A DNA stretch of 44,362 nucleotides from Saprospiraceae bacterium (GTDB lineage: Bacteria > Bacteroidota > Bacteroidia > Chitinophagales > Saprospiraceae). Positions 25,119 to 33,518 of the stretch are shown here, one piece after another. The notes below the pieces were generated by a model. It was not told the origin of the DNA, ran no database searches, and saw only the letters and a list, made by a program, of their open reading frames with translations. Position 1 is the stretch's first letter. Each line of letters opens with the position of its first letter. Position numbers and translations under genes: made by a program. The DNA lies in NCBI GenBank assembly GCA_043747725.1, contig JAYTON010000669.1, positions 1 to 44,362 on the forward strand. The letters run 5' to 3'.

Positions 25119-26990
25119 TTATCCTTTTGTAATCAAAGCCACCCAATCCCCCTCAGTATTGGGCGCAGAAATAGAACCATTCACTCCTTTTTTAGCCGAT
25201 AAATAGCCGCCTTTTCGAGGATTAAACCACTGCACTTGCCATTTGCCCGAAGGTAAATTAATTGCCGTTGAACCGCCTTTGGGCAAATAGACAATGTAGA
25301 TTTCACTCGCTTTTCCAAAAACATAATCATCGGCAGAAGCCGTTAATTCGTCCATACTCCGCATTTCCCAAAAAGGTAGTTTTTGCATAAAATCCCTTGC
25401 GATTTTGGCTTGTTCGTACTTGTGGGCGCGGGTACGGTGGTCTTGGGCATTGAGGTCATTGGCTTCGGTTTGGTAGCCGTAGTAGTATTCCACGCCTGCA
25501 CCGCCTGCCATAAATGTTCCCCACAAAACGCCATGCCTTACTTTGTCGGCATTATCGGGCTTTTTGCCTACATAAGTCGGGTAATCGCTATCAACCGTTA
25601 CGCCTGTACCTGCATCGCCTTGTTCATCGTTGCAAACTACCCAAGGTTTGCCCGATTTTTCAGACAATTCAACCCAACGCTTTACTTGCTGATGCGTTTC
25701 ATTAATATTTAATTGCAACGATGCGCCTGTTAATTCGGATTGAAAACCCACTAAATTCAAGTAATAATAATCGAAATTGGGTCTTTCTACTTTGATTTTA
25801 TCTTGATTGGGCGTATAATGAGGTGGAAAAGTATGTTGCACAACATGGTTTTTATAAGGGTCAAGATTGCGGATATAAGCCGCCGTTTTGCGGACAACGG
25901 ATACATCAACATTGGTTTCCTCACTCAAATTCCAATTCAAAGCCAAATGGTGTCCAAAGCGGGCTATCAATTCTCGATAGTACAATTTTCTATCATCTGA
26001 CAAATCAAAACGCCCCATCGTTGAAGCACTTTCATTTTCAAAGGTTTTGACATGCAAAAACATACCTTTTGTCTCAGCATAATCAAAAATGTGTTCCCAC
26101 TGGTCGAGTTTGGAGCAATCAAAACGGTCGTGAATCACCGCTGCGTCCCATGCTTTTGACTCTTTTGAGGCATTGATAAAAGTCGAATCTTGTTTTACCA
26201 AATGCGGATACACGCAGCCATCATCGCCATCAACGGAAAAAGTAAGAAATGAAAACGCATTTTGCCCTTTTTGATGCAAATAATTGATTGCGCCCATAAG
26301 GTTTTTGCCTTTGCCATTTTGCCAAGTGAATTTATCGGCAGTGGTTTCATAATCTTGGGCGTGTGGTTGCCATGTTTTCATCAATTGCAAATAGTCTTTA
26401 CCCAATTTGCCATAACCATTCAAAGTGCCGTCAAAATCGGTATAGTGCAGCATATTTTCGGGCGAATCTGCCCCTGTTTTTAAAAAATATTCGCCTGTTT
26501 CAGCCCATTGTAAATAGCGTTTGCCGACATAATTCAACCGCCCTTTGGCGCGGTTATCGGGTAAGGATTTATCGTTATTCGCAATATCAAAACTGCCTTT
26601 TGCGCCATCCATATAACCCGCCGAAACACCCCCCTCAGTAATTGCAGCGTTTTCACCCGCTTTAAATGCCGCTTGATACGACCATTTTCCCGTTTTTTCA
26701 GGTGTAAAATGCACGCGCCAAATAGTACCTTTTGTGGCACTCGTATTTGCGGCATTACCATCAGCTGCATAATAGGCAGGCACAACCAAAATAGGTGCGC
26801 CGCTTTCGTGCGTGAAAGTCACATCTAAGCGATAATAGGTAAATGGATTGGGCTGCGCCAATTCATCGGTCATAGGACCTTCAAAATCAAGCGTGATTTT
26901 ATGCCATTTTTTTAATTCACCCGATATATTTTGGGCAAAAGAAAAGGTACTTATAAAAAGTAAGACGAGTAGGACGAGTTGTTTTTTCAT
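25119..26990 (-). CDS. DUF5060-domain protein with a GH-A-like catalytic core (putative glycoside hydrolase)
   Basis: ORF 25119..27011. The likely start is Met 26990 (MKKQLVLLVLLFISTFSFAQ). The N-terminal GELKKWHKITLDFEGP...NPFTYYRLDVTF...WSYQ matches my memory of DUF5060. Function is uncertain. Confidence 0.6.
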   Translation of the reverse strand: MKKQLVLLVLLFISTFSFAQNISGELKKWHKITLDFEGPMTDELAQPNPFTYYRLDVTFTHESGAPILVVPAYYAADGNAANTSATKGTIWRVHFTPEKTGKWSYQAAFKAGENAAITEGGVSAGYMDGAKGSFDIANNDKSLPDNRAKGRLNYVGKRYLQWAETGEYFLKTGADSPENMLHYTDFDGTLNGYGKLGKDYLQLMKTWQPHAQDYETTADKFTWQNGKGKNLMGAINYLHQKGQNAFSFLTFSVDGDDGCVYPHLVKQDSTFINASKESKAWDAAVIHDRFDCSKLDQWEHIFDYAETKGMFLHVKTFENESASTMGRFDLSDDRKLYYRELIARFGHHLALNWNLSEETNVDVSVVRKTAAYIRNLDPYKNHVVQHTFPPHYTPNQDKIKVERPNFDYYYLNLVGFQSELTGASLQLNINETHQQVKRWVELSEKSGKPWVVCNDEQGDAGTGVTVDSDYPTYVGKKPDNADKVRHGVLWGTFMAGGAGVEYYYGYQTEANDLNAQDHRTRAHKYEQAKIARDFMQKLPFWEMRSMDELTASADDYVFGKASEIYIVYLPKGGSTAINLPSGKWQVQWFNPRKGGYLSAKKGVNGSISAPNTEGDWVALITKG

Positions 26991-27093
26991 AAAAAAGCAG
27001 GTTTTATTCAATAATGGAGTAAAAATATAAAAGCAAGCCGTAATAGCTTGCTCTTTTTAAACAGTAATATAGCTCATTTATTCAGATTTTCGA

Positions 27094-27104
27094 CCCCCTC
27101 AGTA
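27094..27104 (-). repeat. Intergenic copy of the 11-mer TACTGAGGGGG
   Basis: Exact match, just downstream of the GH43 relic stop. Confidence 0.95.
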
Positions 27105-27124
27105 TTTTTCCTTCAAAATCAATC

Positions 27125-27204
27125 TTAAAACGGCATTTCCTTGACAATTTTAATCGTATGCCCCACATCTTCCATACGTGCATCTCCAAAACGCCCCCTC
27201 AGTA
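27125..27204 (-). pseudogene. Decayed duplicate of the GH43 gene 3' end
   Basis: The reverse strand translates to GRFGDARMEDVGHTIKIVKEMPF*. The intact GH43 C-terminus is EGRLMM...RIFEMEDLGNTIKIKNEMPFEN*. Nucleotide similarity to 27978-28130 continues through the downstream 11-mer. The copy has an internal deletion and a frame shift and lacks an upstream ORF. Confidence 0.5.
27194..27204 (-). repeat. Copy of the 11-mer TACTGAGGGGG inside the GH43 relic
   Basis: Exact match. Confidence 0.95.
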
Positions 27205-27378
27205 AAACGCCCTTTTTCAAGTAAAATCCTTTCCTTCCCCAAGATTTACAATTTCGTTACACTCTTTTACACATATTTTTAGGCATTTATTGGGTAAGAA
27301 CGGTAGTTTTGTGCCAAAGTCAAGTAACCAAAATGATTTTACTTTAAAACATATCTTTCATCACTCAATCCATTCATC

Positions 27379-27792
27379 ATGCTAAGAAAAAATAAGAGCC
27401 TATTAATCGTTTTGTGCATTTTATGGACAATTAACCTTTTTGGACAAACAGAACCCTTCTCGGATTGTGCGGCTATTTTCCTTAATGAAAAATTAGTTGT
27501 AGATGATTATTCGCCAACTGGGAAGTGCCAATTACCTCTTTCTGCAACAGGAAAACTCACTGTTTGCAGCGCAACTGTCGAAAATGACAAATGGCTATGT
27601 ACCGAAAAAATTGATTTTAGAGTGGCGATTAAAGACGGCAATACTAAAACGCTGTGGTCTTTTTCTGACCAAACATTTAAGGAAATTGATTTTAAACAGG
27701 TCTTAGCAAAATGCAAAAAAGGCGATTTTGTGGTCATTCTTACTGTGAATAATCTTCATGCTTTGCCGCACAATGAGATATTGGTTGAGTAA
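27379..27792 (+). CDS. Small secreted hypothetical protein
   Basis: 137-aa ORF with a signal peptide (LLIVLCILWTINLFGQ). I recognise no family. Confidence 0.45.
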   Translation: MLRKNKSLLIVLCILWTINLFGQTEPFSDCAAIFLNEKLVVDDYSPTGKCQLPLSATGKLTVCSATVENDKWLCTEKIDFRVAIKDGNTKTLWSFSDQTFKEIDFKQVLAKCKKGDFVVILTVNNLHALPHNEILVE

Positions 27793-27943
27793 AGGTGATA
27801 AATACCTAAAAAAAATTACACTCTTAAACTTATTAGAGAATAATATGAAATTGGAAACAAAATAAATCACACACAATCCTTTTTCGTTAATAAAAACCTC
27901 AAAACCCTTCACAATACTATTAAAATCTAAAAATGTAGGTCAA

Positions 27944-27990
27944 AATACTGAGGGGGTGCTTCCATGTTGCGGAAGCACTCCCTCAGTATT
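27944..27990. terminator. Hairpin built from an inverted pair of the 11-mer motif, bidirectional terminator candidate
   Basis: AATACTGAGGGGGTGCTTCC (27944-27963) and GGAAGCACTCCCTCAGTATT (27971-27990) flank a 7-nt loop, with 19/20 pairs and A/T runs on both sides. It lies between convergent genes, 12 nt after the GH43 stop. Confidence 0.55.
27946..27956 (+). repeat. Intergenic copy of the 11-mer TACTGAGGGGG
   Basis: Exact match. It forms the left arm of the 27944-27990 hairpin. Confidence 0.95.
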
Positions 27991-28001
27991 TTCCCTCAAA
28001 A

Positions 28002-28997
28002 TCAATTCTCAAACGGCATTTCATTCTTAATTTTGATAGTATTACCCAAATCTTCCATTTCAAAAATCCTTGCCCGAATATTACCAGAATTGGGTTGGTG
28101 CAAAGTCATCATCAAACGCCCCTCAAAGGTTTTGAAAAGCATGGCATGACCGCCATTATTGCAGTATAAAACGTCTTGTTGCTGTTTCCATGCGCCTGTC
28201 AATTTGCCATTTGAAGACTCGGCAATACCCACTGTATAACCACAAGAGCTAAAACTTGACCACAACATCAGTAATTTTCCCGTTTTGGTGCGATAAAACC
28301 ATGCGCCATCGCTGACAAAACCTGTGGCATTATAAGGTTTGGCATTGATGCTTTTTACCCAATTGGCATCGGTGACTTTGAATATCGTTTTGGCGACCCC
28401 CTCAGTATTTTTGAGGTTTTTTGAGAGTTTTATTCGTTCAAAAGTGCCTGTTTCTATTTGTACCCATTCGTGGCAAAAGACCAAATAAGGTTGTCCATTT
28501 TCAATAAAAAGTGTACCGTCTAATGACATCCAATCGGCGGGTGTATGCGGTTCATTTTTCAAAGGGGTGAAAATGCCATCGGGTTTGTCGCTGACTAAAA
28601 TGGTTGTTCCCCGCATAGGCATATTGCGCCCTTTATCATTTGGCAACGGCTTTTCGGGATTGGATAAAGTGACAAAAAGATAGTATTTCCCTTTGTAAAA
28701 ATGCACTTCTGGTGCCCACGCTCCATGACGAGGCGATGCCCAAGAATCATTCGGAATTTCAAAAACGGGTTTTGGGCTTTCCCAATGGTTCAAATCTTTG
28801 CTTGTGTACACCACGATACCATTATTGCCATTGGGCATAAGAGTTGTATCTTTTGCAGAGGCATAGAGGTAATAGGTTTTTGTTTTGGTATCGGTCAAAA
28901 TGAAAGGGTCACGGACGAATAAATCGGCGCGTTTGGTGGTGTTTTGGGCGAAGATGCTTTTTGTAAAAAAGAGTAAAAGGCAAATATTTTTCAACAT
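28002..28997 (-). CDS. GH43 glycoside hydrolase (arabinofuranosidase/arabinanase/xylosidase family)
   Basis: Signal peptide. Strings are RDPFILTD (general-base Asp region), YYLYAS, WAPEVHFYKGKYYLF, DGTLF and CHEW (acid Glu region). Confidence 0.8.
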   Translation of the reverse strand: MLKNICLLLFFTKSIFAQNTTKRADLFVRDPFILTDTKTKTYYLYASAKDTTLMPNGNNGIVVYTSKDLNHWESPKPVFEIPNDSWASPRHGAWAPEVHFYKGKYYLFVTLSNPEKPLPNDKGRNMPMRGTTILVSDKPDGIFTPLKNEPHTPADWMSLDGTLFIENGQPYLVFCHEWVQIETGTFERIKLSKNLKNTEGVAKTIFKVTDANWVKSINAKPYNATGFVSDGAWFYRTKTGKLLMLWSSFSSCGYTVGIAESSNGKLTGAWKQQQDVLYCNNGGHAMLFKTFEGRLMMTLHQPNSGNIRARIFEMEDLGNTIKIKNEMPFEN

Positions 28998-29033
28998 GAT
29001 AGGTATATTTTAAACCAGTAGCCAAAATAGATA

Positions 29034-29044
29034 CCCCCTCAGTA
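29034..29044 (-). repeat. Intergenic copy of the 11-mer TACTGAGGGGG
   Basis: Exact match, 37 nt upstream of the GH43 start. Confidence 0.95.
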
Positions 29045-29167
29045 TTTTGGTTGTTTTTTTGACCTTAAAAATTGTTTAAACAACTTTTAAAATTTATAAG
29101 GGTAGTTTTATTTTCAGAAATAAATTTTATTTTAAAAAATATTTCATAATAAATCAATTTTTTGAAT

Positions 29168-29175
29168 TAAATTTG
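29168..29175 (+). promoter_or_regulatory. Bacteroidota -7 promoter box (TAnnTTTG) for the ATPase-RloB pair
   Basis: TAAATTTG lies 18 nt upstream of ATG 29193. Confidence 0.4.
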
Positions 29176-29192
29176 CACAAAATAGATTTATT

Positions 29193-30458
29193 ATGCTAAT
29201 TCAATTTTCGGTTAAAAATTATAAGTGCTTTAAGGAAGAAGTAAAATTGAGCATGATTGCTTCAAATTACGACAAAGACACGCATTGGGAGAGCAATATC
29301 TGCCCTGTGCCTATGTTTCATTTACACTTATTAAAAAGTGCGGTCATTTATGGTGCAAATGCCAGTGGTAAAAGCAAGTTGTTGGAAGCCTTAGCTTTTA
29401 TGAAAGAATGGATTTATAATTCTTCAAAAGAAAGCCAAGTGAATGAACCTGTTCCCGTTGAGGTCTTTAAATTTAGTAGCGAAACAGAACAAGAACCCAG
29501 TATGTTTGAAATTATTTTCATTTATCAAAATCAACTTTTTCGCTATGGTTTTGAAGCAACTAAACAAGGTATTCAAGCGGAATGGTTGTACCATCGTCCA
29601 AAAACGAAGGAAATTGAAATTTTTTATCGGGATAAAAGCCAGTTTGAGGTGCATAAAAACTTTAGAGATTTAGCGAGTTTGGTTAAAAATAATATGGTAC
29701 GGCACAATGCTTTAATGTTGTCGGTTGCCGCACAATTCAATAATGCCTTAGCCAAAGATGTTTTTGCTTGGTTCGACCAATTATTTATTCTTATTGATAA
29801 AAACTATAACAAATATTTCCACTATACCGTCACCAAGTTATTTGATGATGCAGAATATCTGAATATTATGGAGTTGATAAAAAAAGCGGATATTGGTATA
29901 GACGATATTAAATTTTTAAAACAAAGCACTTCTAAAACCAAACAGCAAGACCTTGATTTAGAGGCTTATACGACCATTGCTTTTCATAAAAAATACAATG
30001 AATTAAAAGAGCAAATTGGGACTGAATACTTGATAATGGATAAAGAGGAATCTTTCGGCACAGTGAAATATTTTATGATATTGGGCTTTTTGTTAGAGGC
30101 TTTGAAAAAAGGTAAAATCTGTATCATTGATGAATTAGACGCTGAATTACATTCCAATTTGGTTGTCAGTATTATTAATTTATTTCATAATGAAAAAATC
30201 AATAAATACAATGCTCAACTTATTTTTAATACACATAATACGAATTTATTAAGTGCCAATCTATTTCGTCGTGACCAAATATTTTTTACTGAAAAAGACC
30301 GTTACGGGGCGGCTTCTCTGTATTCTTTGCACGATTTTACAACAGAAGAGGGTATAAAAGCCCGAAAGCAAGAAGATTTTGAGACAAATTACATACGTGG
30401 TAAATATGGTGCTATTCCTTATTTGGGTGAATTTGACAAACTCTCTATTTTTCAATAA
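29193..30458 (+). CDS. ABC-type (AAA_21/AAA_15-like) ATPase, AbiLi/AriA-like
   Basis: 421 aa. The N-terminus is MLIQFSVKNYKCF. Strings are Walker A GANASGKSKLLEAL, Walker B/D-loop ICIIDELDAELH, H-loop FNTHNTNLL, and the C-terminal YIRGKYGAIPYLG. Confidence 0.8.
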   Translation: MLIQFSVKNYKCFKEEVKLSMIASNYDKDTHWESNICPVPMFHLHLLKSAVIYGANASGKSKLLEALAFMKEWIYNSSKESQVNEPVPVEVFKFSSETEQEPSMFEIIFIYQNQLFRYGFEATKQGIQAEWLYHRPKTKEIEIFYRDKSQFEVHKNFRDLASLVKNNMVRHNALMLSVAAQFNNALAKDVFAWFDQLFILIDKNYNKYFHYTVTKLFDDAEYLNIMELIKKADIGIDDIKFLKQSTSKTKQQDLDLEAYTTIAFHKKYNELKEQIGTEYLIMDKEESFGTVKYFMILGFLLEALKKGKICIIDELDAELHSNLVVSIINLFHNEKINKYNAQLIFNTHNTNLLSANLFRRDQIFFTEKDRYGAASLYSLHDFTTEEGIKARKQEDFETNYIRGKYGAIPYLGEFDKLSIFQ

Positions 30459-30478
30459 AAAGGAAAACTAAAACTCGA

Positions 30479-31171
30479 ATGGCATCTAAAAAAAAACGTC
30501 TGATAGAACGCTCACGCCGCCGACCTGTATTAGATAGGGAGGCTTCGCCTATTAGAAAATTAGAGAAAAAGTCTTTCTTAATAGTTTGTGAAGGCGAAAA
30601 CACAGAACCAAGCTATTTCAATAAGTTCAAATTAAGTACAGCCACCGTTAAAACCATCGGTGAAGGGTATAATACGCTTTCGTTGGTGCATAGAACCAGT
30701 CAAATCGTAGAGGAAGAAAAAGCCAAAGGCAGAGCCTATGATTTCGTCTGGTGTGTTTTTGACAGAGATAGTTTTACACCAAAAGATTTCAATGAAGCTA
30801 TTAGGCAAGCACAAGCCTATGGCTATTCCGTAGCTTACTCCAATCAGGCATTTGAGTATTGGTTTATTTTGCATTTTGAAGACCATCAAGGCGGTGGTTT
30901 GAATCGGAAAGATTATGATGCTAAAATAAATGGCTATTTAAAACCGTTCAAATGCCAATACGAGGGCAAACAATCCAAAACTGTTTCTGATATTTTTTTT
31001 GAAGTCATGCTTCAAATTGACTCGAAAACCAAACAAATACGGCAAGATTTAGCTATCCAAAGAGCAAAACGGGTTTTAAAATTCCATGAAGACTCAGAAA
31101 TAACGCCCGAACAAGCCGAGTCTTCCACAACTGTATTTAAATTGGTAGAATTGATGAAAAAATATATTTGA
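30479..31171 (+). CDS. RloB-family (Toprim-like) protein, AbiLii-like
   Basis: 230 aa, starting 21 nt after the ATPase stop. RloB hallmark strings are FLIVCEGENTEPSYF, WCVFDRD and AYSNQAFEYWFILHFE. Confidence 0.8.
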   Translation: MASKKKRLIERSRRRPVLDREASPIRKLEKKSFLIVCEGENTEPSYFNKFKLSTATVKTIGEGYNTLSLVHRTSQIVEEEKAKGRAYDFVWCVFDRDSFTPKDFNEAIRQAQAYGYSVAYSNQAFEYWFILHFEDHQGGGLNRKDYDAKINGYLKPFKCQYEGKQSKTVSDIFFEVMLQIDSKTKQIRQDLAIQRAKRVLKFHEDSEITPEQAESSTTVFKLVELMKKYI

Positions 31172-31197
31172 ATGTTATAGATGATGCTCCAAAGGAG

Positions 31198-32997
31198 TCA
31201 ATTTCCTTTCATTTTATCCTTCATCCAAGTAGATTTATTCGCCTTCGTCACCCGTTCTTTATCCAATTTTATCACCTTCCTATCGTAGGTATAAAAACCA
31301 TTCATTTCATTTTCAACGTCCGTCCATTGGGTATAAACGGCAGCACTTAGACCGCCTTGCAGGAATTTATCGGTTATCATGCCGATAAATTTTTCATATT
31401 CTGCCGTAGCATCTTCCTTGCCTTTGTAATTGTAATGCACCCAAGGACCGTCCACGTCCCAAATATGTCCTTCGATATTGTAGCCGATTGCGCCATATTC
31501 GCCGTTGGCTGTGGCACGTTTGCTACTGACCAAAGGCAAAGACGGTGGGCGATAACTGTGATTGTCTTTGATATGCCCAACTTCATAATCCACGCTCGGT
31601 TTTCGGGCATCAACGCCACTATTGCCTGTAACCATGCGACTTGGGTCGAGTGCCATGACAAAATTGGTCAATCGTTCCACATCATACAGCCCCCAATGCT
31701 CGTTAAAAACGACCCAATTCACGATACTTGGGTGATTCCAATGCTGTTTGACCATGTATTGCAATTCGGTTTCAAATTGTATTTTTTCTTCTTCGGTGCG
31801 TTGTTTCATGGTGCTGGGCATATCCTGCCAGACCAAAATGCCCATTTTGTCGCACCAATAATACCAGCGTTGTGGCTCTATTTTGATATGCTTGCGTATC
31901 ATATTAAAACCCCAATTTTTGGTTTGTTCAATGTCCCATTTCAAGGCTTCATCGGTAGGGGCGGTGTAGATGCCATCGGGCCAGTAGCCTTGGTCGAGAG
32001 GTCCGAATTGGAATAAGAATTCATTATTCAGAGCCAAACGGGGCGTGTTTTTATAGGATTTTAAACTAATTTTACGCATACCGAAATAACCTTGTACTTC
32101 ATCTTTGGCTTCTAAACTATCTTTTAAAACAATTTTCACATCGTATAAAAACGGATTATCGGGCGACCATAGTTTAGGCTTCGGAATACTGAGGGGGGTA
32201 GGTTTATTCAAATCGGCGGTGGTTCTGCCGACTTCTGTTGTGCCATCAAAAGCTATAATTTCCGCTTTCCAACGACTGCCGACTTGTTGCGAGGGATTGA
32301 CCGTTATTGTTATTTCTTCATTATCAATATCGGGTGTGATGTGAAAATCCTTGATACTCACTTTCGAGACAGGTTCCAGCCAAACCGTTTGCCAGATGCC
32401 CGAAGAAGGGCAATATGAATACCGTTGGGGGTTCATAAAACGGCTATTTTCCTGTTTTCCCACGGCAATTGCTTCATCATTGCCAGGGTCAAAGACGGAG
32501 ACAATGAGTTCTTGATTGCCTTTTTCGGTTAAAAAAGGGGTAATATCGTAGGAAAAAGCATCGTACCCGCCTCGATGTGTGCCGACACTTTTACCGTTCA
32601 AATAGACCGTCGCTTCCCAATCCACTGCGCCAAAATGGAGTAAAATGCGCTGCCCTTTCCACTCGTTAGGTACAGTAAAAGTTCGGCGATACGTTGCCCG
32701 ACGACTATCAAACTGTTTCCGCACACCCGATAAAGCCGATTCCCACGGATAAGGCACCAATATCTGCCCGTCCAATTTTTTATTAAAAACAAAAGACTGT
32801 CCTTCTTGAAATTCCCATAATCCGTTCAAATTTTGCCATTTATCCCGCACCATCATCGGGCGAGGATATTCAGGCAATGGATTTTGAGGATTGACCTTTC
32901 CCGCCCATTCGGTACTGAGGGGGGTGTTTGCCATTTTCCAGTTTTGGGAAAAGGCGAGGTTTTGGAGCATTAATAAAAGTAGAATTAGTTTTTTCAT
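31198..32997 (-). CDS. GH2 glycoside hydrolase (beta-galactosidase-like)
   Basis: ORF 31198..33153. I moved the start to Met 32997 (MKKLILLLLMLQNLAFSQ, signal peptide). Strings are NLNGLWEF, HFGAVDWEATVYLNG, WNHPSIVNWVVFNEHWG (acid/base NE) and ANGEYGAIG (nucleophile E). Confidence 0.85.
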   Translation of the reverse strand: MKKLILLLLMLQNLAFSQNWKMANTPLSTEWAGKVNPQNPLPEYPRPMMVRDKWQNLNGLWEFQEGQSFVFNKKLDGQILVPYPWESALSGVRKQFDSRRATYRRTFTVPNEWKGQRILLHFGAVDWEATVYLNGKSVGTHRGGYDAFSYDITPFLTEKGNQELIVSVFDPGNDEAIAVGKQENSRFMNPQRYSYCPSSGIWQTVWLEPVSKVSIKDFHITPDIDNEEITITVNPSQQVGSRWKAEIIAFDGTTEVGRTTADLNKPTPLSIPKPKLWSPDNPFLYDVKIVLKDSLEAKDEVQGYFGMRKISLKSYKNTPRLALNNEFLFQFGPLDQGYWPDGIYTAPTDEALKWDIEQTKNWGFNMIRKHIKIEPQRWYYWCDKMGILVWQDMPSTMKQRTEEEKIQFETELQYMVKQHWNHPSIVNWVVFNEHWGLYDVERLTNFVMALDPSRMVTGNSGVDARKPSVDYEVGHIKDNHSYRPPSLPLVSSKRATANGEYGAIGYNIEGHIWDVDGPWVHYNYKGKEDATAEYEKFIGMITDKFLQGGLSAAVYTQWTDVENEMNGFYTYDRKVIKLDKERVTKANKSTWMKDKMKGN

Positions 32998-33081
32998 TAT
33001 TTTAATTTTTGTCAAAAATGACAAAGACAACCAAAAATGACTGTCTTTTTTATCCGAATAATTGGCTTTTATTAAAAAAAA

Positions 33082-33092
33082 TACTGAGGGGG
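33082..33092 (+). repeat. Intergenic copy of the 11-mer TACTGAGGGGG
   Basis: Exact match, upstream of the GH2 start. The 15-mer AAAATACTGAGGGGG is shared with 35061-35075. Confidence 0.95.
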
Positions 33093-33395
33093 GCTGCCAT
33101 GTATCATTTTTTATAGAAAATACCTTAAATTTAGCTATAAGTATATCTTTCAATTAAGTTGTGGCTGATTTAAAGCTATATTCAGCCATAAGTCACTCAA
33201 AAAATACACTTATGGCTGATTATAAGGCATAAGTGAGTTGAACATTATTTAGGGCAAGTTCAAAATCAAATAAAAATGGGGGCTTTATTTGAGCCACCTT
33301 TAATAATTGAAAAAAACACTTTATGTCACTCAAAGCATGATGAATACAAAGTCACCCTATTTTATTCATATTTTTGGAAAAACGTGCATTTTTCT

Positions 33396-33489
33396 ACTTA
33401 TAGCGATTAATAAATTTTCAATACTCGCTATATCTACCTATATTTGCACACTTATAGCGACTAATATAGAATTATCTTTCGCTATAAGT
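33396..33489. promoter_or_regulatory. Two tandem units of inverted ACTTATAGCGA/TCGCTATA(AGT) boxes bracketing a TAnnTTTG box, upstream of the DUF234-type ATPase
   Basis: ACTTATAGCGA lies at 33396 and 33450. TCGCTATA lies at 33425 and TCGCTATAAGT at 33479. TATATTTG lies at 33439-33446. The ATG is at 33519. Confidence 0.45.
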
Positions 33490-33518
33490 TGGTTTTCATT
33501 TATTAAAACTTTGTAGTA

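Noticed and set aside
33307-33516. 69-aa ORF upstream of the DUF234-type ATPase gene.
   Set aside because: It is hydrophobic and AT-driven, and it is encoded entirely by the ACTTATAGCGA repeat array and a promoter-like box. I treat it as non-coding leader, although a tiny membrane peptide cannot be excluded.
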